A DNA stretch of 64,000 bases from Rhodospirillaceae bacterium (GTDB taxonomy: Bacteria > Pseudomonadota > Alphaproteobacteria > Rhodospirillales > UBA2165): positions 713 through 64,712 of the forward strand of contig JAYPHU010000014.1 of NCBI GenBank assembly GCA_038127535.1. Reading direction: 5' to 3'. The position numbers and the translations under genes are program-made. The notes below the pieces were generated by a model that worked only from the letters and a program-made list of their open reading frames with translations, had not been told where the DNA came from and ran no database searches. Positions 1 to 8,069 of this stretch are shown one piece after another (position 1 is the stretch's first letter; each line of letters opens with the position of its first letter).

Positions 1-528
1 AATATCTGGACGGCTCTTAGGTTTCCGGTCTTCCGGTAGATGAGTTGGTACGCCGCAGCCAATGATTGCTGTAGGTACATGGATCAAGATTTATCTCTGT
101 GACCCACTTTTCGACAAACTAGTATATTAGCGCGTGCAGATAGACTTGAGGCCTCTCCCTCGTCCAAGGAACAAGAATGGTGAGTTTAGTCCCTTCCTAC
201 TATTAAGGTACGGATCAACAGCCGTTCTGGAGTGTTCCGATATTTAAAACGTTACCGGTCGACCAGTCTTCTGCCGCCTAATAGTTGCTCGTCCTTTTAC
301 ATATCCATTGGGGGCTACGTCGTCGATCCGCAAGCTGACCAAATCACATCCGCGTAGTTTGCTATCAATGGCTAAGTTGAACATCGCCAGATCACGGACT
401 CGGCCATCTAGTTGTAGACGTGCCCTGATTGCCCAGACATGTTTTGGCTTCAAAGGTGGTCTTTGGCCAACAAGTTTCCCTTTGTTCCAAGGTGTAAGGG
501 TTTGATTTCTAGATTGAAACAGTAACAT
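1..528 (-). pseudogene. Tyrosine recombinase/phage-integrase family pseudogene, running off the window edge
   Basis: ORF 244-528 begins PWNKGKLVGQRPPL...DSKLRGCDL (catalytic Arg region). Reading past TAA 244-246 gives ISEHSRTAVDPYL...FLFLGR...TR, a second TAA, then frameshifted WVTEINLDP..YSNHWLRRT and LIYRKTGNLRAVQI, matching the HxLRRT and pre-LGH motifs. Confidence 0.85.
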
Positions 529-591
529 GGTCTTCCTCCATTTGAGTTAGAAAGACCTGTCAGATTACAGAGGGATCAATCCCAGATGGTA

Positions 592-662
592 GTCCGTACC
601 GAGGCTACCAGCGGACAAACCTGGAGGCTGGGAAAATCGTCCGCTCATGACCCATTGCAGAC
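592..662. repeat. Alternating GTCCG(C)/GCGGAC short inverted motifs upstream of the integrase
   Basis: GTCCG 592-596, GCGGAC 611-616, GTCCGC 639-644, TGACCC 648-653, GCAGAC 657-662. Confidence 0.4.
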
Positions 663-692
663 ACCGACACTGAGATTAATGAGGCATCAGCA

Positions 693-1583
693 TTAAATAT
701 CAATCCGCATGTTGTCGTGAGCGAGGCGAAGTTCGCCGGTATAGGTCTCCCGGATGTCGGCGGCGACCTCATCCAGGAGCGCCGGACCGATCATTTCCTT
801 CGGCATGTGCACGCCCATAATGTCCTTCACCACCGGATTGCAGGTGTCGTAGCTGCCGAAATGTGTGGCCACTAGGCGCTTGGCGTTAGCTTTCTCGGCG
901 ATTTCCCCCAACGCCTTCGGATAGGTGTGAGACCAGGTGCCGACCTGGACCTTCTTGCGGAACTCGATGGCGCTTTCCGGGAAGGTGCATTCGTGGATCA
1001 TCAGGTCCACGTCTTTGGAAAGCTCAATAAACCGGTCGCAGGGCGCCGTGTCGCCGCTGAAAGACACCGACTCCCCGTCAATGGTATCCATCCGCAAGCC
1101 GAAGCAAGGTGAAATCTCGGTCGGGATATGTTCCACATAGCACGCGGTGACCTTCACCAGATCATCCTCGAACACCAGACCGGGCTGGCATTCCCGCACG
1201 TCCGGCACCAGGATTTCCGTGTTTTGCCGGCGCGGGTATTGACGGCGGGCCTCGATATCCTTGGCGAAGGCCCCATCCTCAAATAGATGGTCGATGAAGT
1301 TCTGGGTGCCTTCCGGACCGACGACCACAGGTGGCTGTTCCCGGTCACAAATCCAGGACGTCAGCAGGAAATAGGGAAAATCAATGATGTGATCGTAATG
1401 CAGGTGCGACAGGAAGACATGATTCACTTCCGTGGGGTTGATGTTGGACTTGATCATCGAGCGCGTGGTGTTGGCTCCACAGTCGAATAAGTAATGCCGT
1501 CCGCGAACAGTAAGAAGAATACCCGATCCGCCACGGTCGGGGTCGGGGGCGGCGGCGCTGGTGCCGAGCATAGTTACGCGCAT
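693..1583 (-). CDS. MBL-fold metallo-hydrolase, RNase Z/ElaC/AtsA-like
   Basis: LGTS N-terminus, LFDCG, HLHYDH (HxHxDH), SGDT, HECT, SHT and THF motifs. Confidence 0.85.
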   Translation of the reverse strand: MRVTMLGTSAAAPDPDRGGSGILLTVRGRHYLFDCGANTTRSMIKSNINPTEVNHVFLSHLHYDHIIDFPYFLLTSWICDREQPPVVVGPEGTQNFIDHLFEDGAFAKDIEARRQYPRRQNTEILVPDVRECQPGLVFEDDLVKVTACYVEHIPTEISPCFGLRMDTIDGESVSFSGDTAPCDRFIELSKDVDLMIHECTFPESAIEFRKKVQVGTWSHTYPKALGEIAEKANAKRLVATHFGSYDTCNPVVKDIMGVHMPKEMIGPALLDEVAADIRETYTGELRLAHDNMRIDI

Positions 1584-1619
1584 GATGTGAACTCCTTTAC
1601 TCTTCCTGTTTCTCTATAC

Positions 1620-2063
1620 TTACTGATTAGCGGTTATCTGAAACTCAATCGTGATGCCGTCGGGATGGCGTAAATAAACATTACAATTGCCGTTGGGAAC
1701 CGTCAGCGGGGGGCTATACGGAACAAAGCCGCTGGGCGTGATGGCCGCCACGGCCGCCTCGATATCATCAACCTCCAACGCCAGATGAAACGCGCCGGGA
1801 TCGCAGTTGCGAAGATCGGAAATCTTTCGATCGTCTTTGGTGATGTACTCCAACAACTCCAGCCGATGACCCGGCATATCCACGAAACAAAGTTTCACTT
1901 CGGCGCCGGGAACGCCGGTCAAGTTCTCCACCATTTCTCCTTTGTGGTGGAAAATCTCTGTCGTCTCGCAGCTCAAGACATCCCTGAAGAACGAGGCTGT
2001 TGCTTCAATATCTCTGACAGTGATGCCAGTATGGTTGGTGCGTTTGATGGTAAATCCGCTCAT
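1620..2063 (-). CDS. VOC/glyoxalase family protein (methylmalonyl-CoA epimerase-like fold)
   Basis: NHTGITV, LELLEY, FHLALEVDDI, HPDGITIEF. The likely start is ATG 2063 with GAGGAAGG upstream (track ORF starts at 2111). Confidence 0.8.
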   Translation of the reverse strand: MSGFTIKRTNHTGITVRDIEATASFFRDVLSCETTEIFHHKGEMVENLTGVPGAEVKLCFVDMPGHRLELLEYITKDDRKISDLRNCDPGAFHLALEVDDIEAAVAAITPSGFVPYSPPLTVPNGNCNVYLRHPDGITIEFQITANQ

Positions 2064-2391
2064 CTTATCCTTCCTCAGTTCAGAAGCCCGTCCGCCATCA
2101 TGCACAAACACAGATTAGTAGGAGTCTCCGTCCGCCATAAACCAAGCGCCCCGTTCAGGGCTTTTTTAATGGGTGGCGAGTGCGGCAGTCTCGTAGCCTC
2201 TATTTAATAAAAAGCGGTTCGAGCCGACGCGCGCCGGTGACCACAGGCTACGGAGCGACGCGCCTCTTCTAGCTCCGCGAGGTAATCCCTCTCCCTCCGC
2301 CAGTCAGTCTGTCCCTGAAACTCGGCCCTCTCAACCTCCCTCACGAACCTCTCGGTTCGGCTGGATTGACCCTCGCAATCCTTGCGCGGCA

Positions 2392-4719
2392 TCAGGCCTG
2401 ACCGGCGTCGATCAAATTACAGAGATATTCCGGTGTGACAGGATACCGGTCGACGGTGACGTCAAAGTCCCGAAGCGCGCTTTCGATCGCCGCGATCACG
2501 GCGTTGGCGGCGGGAATCGTACCGCCCTCGCCCGCGCCCTTTAGCCCCAGCGGATTGAGCGGTGACGGCGTCTCATGGTGGACAATGTTGATGGGCGGCA
2601 TTTCCGTCGCCAACGGCAGGAGGTATTCGCCGTAGTTCACGTTCTGGGGTTGACCGCTATCGTCGTAGATCATCTCCTCGAACAGCGCGTTGCCGATCCC
2701 GTGGACAACGCCACCGATGATCTGCCCTTCCACAATCAACGGATTAAGCTTCTTACCGCAGTCGTGGGCCACACAGTAGTTCAGCAGCTTGACCTCGCCG
2801 GTACCGATGTCCACTTCGACTTCGCACACATTGGTGCCGCTGGCGTGGGGCGGTCCTTTCGACGCGTCAAACGAGGTCGCTTCCAGGCTGGCCATGTGAC
2901 CGGCGGGCACGGCTACCCCGGCCATGGGCGCCAATTTCAAGGCGATCTCCCCAAGGCTGATAGTGATGTTGCTACGGCCTTTGTCGCGGACGAGGCCGTC
3001 CTCGAACACCAGATTGTCGATGTCGGTTTCCAGGACTTCGGCCGCCAGCGCGAGCGCCTTCTCCCGGATTTCGGCGGCAGCGCCAAACGCCGCCGTGCCG
3101 ATATTGACGCCGACCCGGCTGCCAATGGTGCCCACGCCTTGGGGAAACTTGCCGGTATCCCCTATGTCCACATGGATATCATCCATGTCAACGCCCAGCT
3201 CATCGGCAATGATTTGTTTAAGAACCGTCTTATGCCCCTGGCCCTGGCTGGCGGCGCCGGAACTGACATAGATTTTTCCTTTGGGGTCTACCCGGATGGT
3301 GACGCCTTCGTAGGGCCCCATCCCGGTGTCCTCAACACACGACGAAACGCCGATGCCGAGATAGCGCCCTTCCTTACGGGCCGCCTCTTGGCGGGCGGCA
3401 AAACCGTCATAGTCAGCGAGGCTCAGCGCCTTTTCCAACAGGCTGTGATAGTCGCCGCTGTCATAGGTCATGGCCCGGCCGTTAAAGTGGATCAGGCCGG
3501 TCTGGTAAGGGAAGTCGGCCTTCTCGACGAAATTACGCCGCCGGACTTCCGCCGTGTCGATCCCCAGTTCCCGGGAGACGAGTTCGATCATCCGCTCAAT
3601 GGCATAAGCGGCATTTGGCCGGCCCGCGCCGCGTACCGGTGAATTCGACACGGTGTTGGTGAACACCACGTCCTGGGTCAGATCGAGAGCCAATATTTTA
3701 TAAGGCCCCGGAAACGGCGCCATCATGGTAAAGGGCAAAAGAATGCCATACGGCACATAAGCGCCATTGTCGTTCACCAGCCGTCCACGGATCGCCTCAA
3801 TACGCCCCTTTGCGGTCGCGGCGACTTCCAACTCCCACCAGGTATCGCGCTGGGTGTTTGTCGTGGTGAAATGCTCTTTCCGGTCTTCGATCCACTTGAT
3901 CGGCCGTCCAAGTTTGCGCGCAGCCCAAGGGGTGATGATCTCCTCGACATAAAAGCCGGCTTTCGGGCCAAATCCCCCACCGACGTCCGGCGCGATCACC
4001 TGAATGCGGCTTTCCGGCAAATCAAACTGATTGGCCAGGCAGCGGCGCACCAGATAGGGGCATTGGGTTGCCGACCAAATGGTGAATTCATCGCCGAAGG
4101 AGTCGTGTTGCGCCACCACGCCCCGGCCTTCCATGGCATGGCAGCCGCCGCGATGTTGCAGGAATTCCGCCTTGAACACGTGCTCGGCCTTCGCAAACGC
4201 CGGCTCGACGTCGCCGTAGATGATGTTCAGTTGGGCGATCAGGTTATCCGGAGAGTCTTTGTGCGCCTTGGGGGCATCATCATCCATGGCTTCCCTGAGC
4301 CGGACGATGGGAGGCAGTGTTTCGTACTCGACCTGGATGAGCGGCAAGGCGTCCTCGGCAATATGCCTTGTTTCAGCGACAACAAACGCCACGGCTTCGC
4401 CGACGAAGCAAACCTCGTCCTTCGCTAGAGGATACGGTGTGATATCCTGGGCGATAAGCGGGTTCGGATAGGGCTGCACCTGACGCCCATTCACCGGTTC
4501 TTCCAAATCCCGATAGGTGAAGACGGCGTGCACCCCCAGCAGCGCTTCTGCAGCGCTGGTGTCGATTGATTTGATCACGGCATGAGCATGAGGACTGCGC
4601 AAATAAGCGCCGTGCAGCATGCCGAGGAGTTTTAGATCGTCCACATATTGGCCCCGGCCCGTGAGGAGCGCCTGATCCTCGCCCCGTTGAACTTCAGCCC
4701 CTGTAAGTCTGACACCCAT
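2392..4719 (-). CDS. Xanthine dehydrogenase family molybdopterin-binding subunit (CoxL-like, not form I CODH)
   Basis: EDQALLTGRGQYVDD, RSPHAHA, VGGGFGPK, PVRGAGRP loop instead of AYRCSFR, QGQGH, KGAGEGG. The likely start is ATG 4719. Confidence 0.92.
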   Translation of the reverse strand: MGVRLTGAEVQRGEDQALLTGRGQYVDDLKLLGMLHGAYLRSPHAHAVIKSIDTSAAEALLGVHAVFTYRDLEEPVNGRQVQPYPNPLIAQDITPYPLAKDEVCFVGEAVAFVVAETRHIAEDALPLIQVEYETLPPIVRLREAMDDDAPKAHKDSPDNLIAQLNIIYGDVEPAFAKAEHVFKAEFLQHRGGCHAMEGRGVVAQHDSFGDEFTIWSATQCPYLVRRCLANQFDLPESRIQVIAPDVGGGFGPKAGFYVEEIITPWAARKLGRPIKWIEDRKEHFTTTNTQRDTWWELEVAATAKGRIEAIRGRLVNDNGAYVPYGILLPFTMMAPFPGPYKILALDLTQDVVFTNTVSNSPVRGAGRPNAAYAIERMIELVSRELGIDTAEVRRRNFVEKADFPYQTGLIHFNGRAMTYDSGDYHSLLEKALSLADYDGFAARQEAARKEGRYLGIGVSSCVEDTGMGPYEGVTIRVDPKGKIYVSSGAASQGQGHKTVLKQIIADELGVDMDDIHVDIGDTGKFPQGVGTIGSRVGVNIGTAAFGAAAEIREKALALAAEVLETDIDNLVFEDGLVRDKGRSNITISLGEIALKLAPMAGVAVPAGHMASLEATSFDASKGPPHASGTNVCEVEVDIGTGEVKLLNYCVAHDCGKKLNPLIVEGQIIGGVVHGIGNALFEEMIYDDSGQPQNVNYGEYLLPLATEMPPINIVHHETPSPLNPLGLKGAGEGGTIPAANAVIAAIESALRDFDVTVDRYPVTPEYLCNLIDAGQA

Positions 4720-4729
4720 GACCCTCTCC

Positions 4730-5209
4730 TCAGCGTCCCCGCATCTGTGACGCTGCATCAAGCGCGGCGGCCACAATGCCCTGATAGCCGGTGCACCGGC
4801 AGATATTCCCCGAGACAGCCTCCCGGATTTCCGCTTCCGTTGGATCAGGATTGTCCCGGAGATAGGCGGTCAGGGTCGTCAAAAAGCCGGGCGTGCAAAA
4901 GCCGCACTGCAAACCATGGTGTTTGCGAAACGCCGCTTGCAGGGGATTCAGCTGGTCCCCGTCAGCCAGACCTTCGATGGTGGTGATGTCTTTTCCATTC
5001 GCCTGAACGCCGAGCATCAGGCAGGATCTTACGGCCTCACCATCCACCAGGACCGTACAGGCGCCACAGGCCCCGTGTTCACACCCGACGTGGGTACCGG
5101 TGAGATTCAATTTCTCACGCAGGATGTCGGCCAGATTGTATCGGGTTTCCACCGTTTCCGTGTACGATCTGCCGTTGACCGTTAGCGTAATCTCTCTCGT
5201 ATCCGCCAT
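4730..5209 (-). CDS. (2Fe-2S)-binding small subunit (CoxS-like)
   Basis: [12 protein letters not shown]...RSC and QCGFCTPG...CRCTGY. The likely start is ATG 5209. Confidence 0.93.
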   Translation of the reverse strand: MADTREITLTVNGRSYTETVETRYNLADILREKLNLTGTHVGCEHGACGACTVLVDGEAVRSCLMLGVQANGKDITTIEGLADGDQLNPLQAAFRKHHGLQCGFCTPGFLTTLTAYLRDNPDPTEAEIREAVSGNICRCTGYQGIVAAALDAASQMRGR

Positions 5210-5213
5210 CGAA

Positions 5214-6080
5214 TTACTCTCCCCCGCCTGCGCGTTCGGCCGCGGAGGCCAGCGCTCGCTGGACCAGCGTGTCCGCCAGCCGCTGCCGGTAGGCCGCGCT
5301 GACATATGTATCCGACATGGCGTCGATCTCTCGGGCTTCGGCGCCGGCGGCTCTGAATGTTTCCTGATTGGCCGGTTGGCCGGCCAGGTTCCCTTCCACG
5401 TCCGTCAGACGCGTTGGTTTTACATCCGCACCCGCGACGGTAATGGCCGCCCTAGTTATCGTGTTATCGCTCAGCTCGATAAGAGCGCCGACGGCGGTGA
5501 TGGCGAAATCCCCATGACGCCGGGCGAATTCCGTAAAGGCGTACCCATGCCCCTCCGGCCAAACGGGGAGAGACAGCGAAACCAGCACCTCCTCCGGCGC
5601 GATGCTGGGCATCATGTAGGCAATGACCCATTCTTCCATGGGCACCTCCCGCTCGCCCTCTTTTCCGGCGACGGTCAGAGTTGCGCCATAAAGGCTGGCG
5701 ATCGCCGGCAACTCCGCTGACGGGTCCAAATGACAGAGGCTGCCGCCGATAGTGCCCCGGTTCCGGGTTTGAAGATGCCCGACATGGCCGAGAGCCTCTC
5801 TCATCACCGGGGCAGCGTCTTGAATCTCCGGTGCGACCAGCAAAGCCCTTTGACGGGTCATCGCCCCGATCCGAAGCGACCCATTTTCGCGCTCAACAAA
5901 ATCCAACTCGGTGACGCCGTTGATATCTACCACATCGTCCGGCGCGACAAAACGCATATTCATCATCGGCATCAAGGATTGGCCACCCGCCAAAATCTTG
6001 GCGTCTTCCAGCCCGGCCATCAGATCGACGAGCTCGGTCAAGGATTGGGGATCGTGATATTTAAACGGCGCCGGTTTCAT
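5214..6080 (-). CDS. FAD-binding medium subunit (CoxM-like)
   Basis: MKPAPFKY, LAGGQSLMP, RNRGTIGGS, RRHGDFA. The likely start is ATG 6080. Confidence 0.92.
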   Translation of the reverse strand: MKPAPFKYHDPQSLTELVDLMAGLEDAKILAGGQSLMPMMNMRFVAPDDVVDINGVTELDFVERENGSLRIGAMTRQRALLVAPEIQDAAPVMREALGHVGHLQTRNRGTIGGSLCHLDPSAELPAIASLYGATLTVAGKEGEREVPMEEWVIAYMMPSIAPEEVLVSLSLPVWPEGHGYAFTEFARRHGDFAITAVGALIELSDNTITRAAITVAGADVKPTRLTDVEGNLAGQPANQETFRAAGAEAREIDAMSDTYVSAAYRQRLADTLVQRALASAAERAGGGE

Positions 6081-6648
6081 TCTTGGCCTTGTCGCATCCG
6101 AATTTAAGTCGGCCAATTCCGGCCTTTACCAAGAGTTTCAATCCCGAAATTTCGCCCGCGTCAAATTCGGTGCCGTCCTCGGCGGTCAACACGGTCGCCA
6201 AATTATCGGCGAATTCCTTGGTGAGTTCCTGCGCCACGCCTTCAATTAACCCGCTGGCGCGGCCGTATTGAGCGATTGATCCATTGAGCGTCAGATCCGT
6301 TGTTACTACGACGCGGGTGGCCGAGGCTTCTTCGACGGCGGCGTCATTATCCAGGAGCTGAAACGTAACTATGGCTTCCGCGCCGCCTCGGCCTTTTTTG
6401 TCGGCGCCGCTCGCCCGGACGCTGGCGGTGTGTGCGGCAAGATTGATCTCTATGATTTCTGCCCGGCCGGAGAAGGTGAGTTTTACAGGGCCCAGCCGAA
6501 CCGCAGCCTCGCCCGCATATTTGGTATCGGCCTCCGCCTCGGTCACTGAAACGCCGGGAAGGCACGGCGCAATTAAAGGCACATCGGTCAGGACTTGCAT
6601 TGCCGCATCTTTTGGCAAGGCGACGATAAATTCATTTGTCAGGATCAT
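6061..6648 (-). CDS. coxG: CoxG / SRPBCC family protein
   Basis: APCLPG, VRLGPVKLTF, GSIAQYGR. It sits directly upstream of the M-S-L genes. Confidence 0.85.
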   Translation of the reverse strand: MILTNEFIVALPKDAAMQVLTDVPLIAPCLPGVSVTEAEADTKYAGEAAVRLGPVKLTFSGRAEIIEINLAAHTASVRASGADKKGRGGAEAIVTFQLLDNDAAVEEASATRVVVTTDLTLNGSIAQYGRASGLIEGVAQELTKEFADNLATVLTAEDGTEFDAGEISGLKLLVKAGIGRLKFGCDKAKNETGAV

Positions 6649-6731
6649 GCGTCAGTATCGGAGAGGCTGGACAATGGGAACTCAGTTGGAAGGTGATGGG
6701 CGCGCCGGTGAGCTGATCTCAGAATCAACTT

Positions 6732-6761
6732 AATAAATTTTATCCATCATATGATTGTCAA
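6732..6761 (-). promoter_or_regulatory. Putative sigma70 promoter for the coxG operon with a palindromic operator in its spacer
   Basis: Minus-strand TTGACA at 6761-6756, AT-rich -10 candidate TTTATT at 6737-6732, and perfect palindrome ATCATATGAT at 6746-6755. Confidence 0.45.
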
Positions 6762-6849
6762 ACCCGGTAAACAAGTTAGACTAACCAATCACCTCGACGA
6801 TAGGTGTGTTGAAATTTTCGTCTGATTAAAACTACGGGAGGCTGAATAA

Positions 6850-7965
6850 ATGCCTAGAACTATGGATAAAATTTTCGCTGCGGGACTTACTGCGGCTTTG
6901 GTGTCGCTGGGATCTGCTGGCGTCGCTTCCGCTCAAAGTCTTACACCGCAGGAAAAGAAACTTATCGCCGGCGCGAAATCCGAAGGCGCCGTGACCCTGA
7001 TCAACCCTCTGTTTAGCGACCGCACCGGCCAACGCATGGCGGCCGCCTTTAAGAAGCGCTATGGGCTGGGTGATGGGTTCCAGTTCAACAATCTGCGGAA
7101 GGGTACCGGTGCGACCGTGTCCCAGGTCCGTCAGGAAATCAAAGCCGGTAAGTTTACGATTGATGCCATCATGGTGAGCGCTCCCAGCTTTTTCGATGCT
7201 GGCGCAAAGCGTGGCGTGTTCCTTGAACTCGATAGCGGCTACTGGAAAGATTCTGAGCCGGTGGCCAAGGCCGCGGGGCAGTATTACAAGTATCCGTTCG
7301 TGGTCACGCCGTTGGGCTATACCTTCCAGCCGGTCTGGAATTCCGCCTGTCCCGGCATGGAGAACTTCAATGTGAGCTCCTACGCGGACACGACAATCGC
7401 GGCGGTCAAAGGTAAGACCATCGCCTCCGAGATCACCAAGAGCACGACCTACACGAACACAGCTATCGCGCTGTCTCAGGCCGGCGCCCTTGACCTCGAT
7501 AAGTTCTGGCCGGCCTTGAAGGCGACCGATCCGCTGATTGAATTCCGGACCGAACCCAAAATGCAGATGGTCATCTCCTGTCAGCGGCCGTTTGATATGT
7601 GGAACCTGGCTGGTCGCGTCTATCAGAACGTGATCAAGCAACCTGCCTTGAAGGGTAAAATTAAACTCGGATCCTACAAGGAAGGTCAGGTCATGCTCGG
7701 CAACCAGATTGCCGTCTTGAAGGGTTCCCCGCATCCAAATGCCGGTAAGTTGCTTGTTGAGTTCCTGCTTAGCAAGGAAGGATCGGATCTGTTCGTCGAG
7801 GGTGAGGCGGTCTACAGCCTGCGCAAGGGGTACACGCCTCCGGCCGCTGCGGCGCCTTATCTGATGGATCTGAGCAAGCAAAAATTGCTTGGCATGAAGG
7901 ACTGGGTCGGCTCCGCGAAGGAGATCAAACCTACCCGCGCGAAGTGGGAGAAAAACTTCCGCTAA
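6850..7965 (+). CDS. ABC transporter substrate-binding protein (iron/thiamine/phosphonate-type family)
   Basis: Signal peptide ending ASA-Q, AGAKSEGAVT, PHPNAGKLLVEFLLSKEG. GGGAGG RBS. Confidence 0.85.
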   Translation: MPRTMDKIFAAGLTAALVSLGSAGVASAQSLTPQEKKLIAGAKSEGAVTLINPLFSDRTGQRMAAAFKKRYGLGDGFQFNNLRKGTGATVSQVRQEIKAGKFTIDAIMVSAPSFFDAGAKRGVFLELDSGYWKDSEPVAKAAGQYYKYPFVVTPLGYTFQPVWNSACPGMENFNVSSYADTTIAAVKGKTIASEITKSTTYTNTAIALSQAGALDLDKFWPALKATDPLIEFRTEPKMQMVISCQRPFDMWNLAGRVYQNVIKQPALKGKIKLGSYKEGQVMLGNQIAVLKGSPHPNAGKLLVEFLLSKEGSDLFVEGEAVYSLRKGYTPPAAAAPYLMDLSKQKLLGMKDWVGSAKEIKPTRAKWEKNFR

Positions 7966-7989
7966 TCTTCCTGCTACGACATTAGAATT

Positions 7990-8014
7990 GGGTGGGCGTT
8001 TATAGCGCCCACCC
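7990..8014 (+). terminator. Stem-loop after the SBP gene (terminator or mRNA-stabilising hairpin)
   Basis: GGGTGGGCG-N7-CGCCCACCC, with no strong U-tract. Confidence 0.55.
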
Positions 8015-8069
8015 GGTTCAGCTTGTCTTTGAGTCCTTTTCAACAGCCTTTATTTGACGAGTCTTCCCC

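Noticed and set aside
2144-2167. Terminator GCCC-N6-GGGC-T6
   Set aside because: The stem is only about 4 bp and the U-tract is on the strand opposite the flanking genes.
2575-3642. Long antisense ORFs (also 6832-8043, 32578-34170, 36137-37882, 40243-41436, 42556-43761, 51610-52620, 61857-63152)
   Set aside because: They are shadow frames of strongly motif-supported genes, which is common in high-GC DNA, and show no recognisable motifs.
2392-6080. Aerobic CO dehydrogenase (coxMSL)
   Set aside because: The active-site loop is PVRGAGRP, not AYRCSFR, and no coxDEF accessory genes are present.
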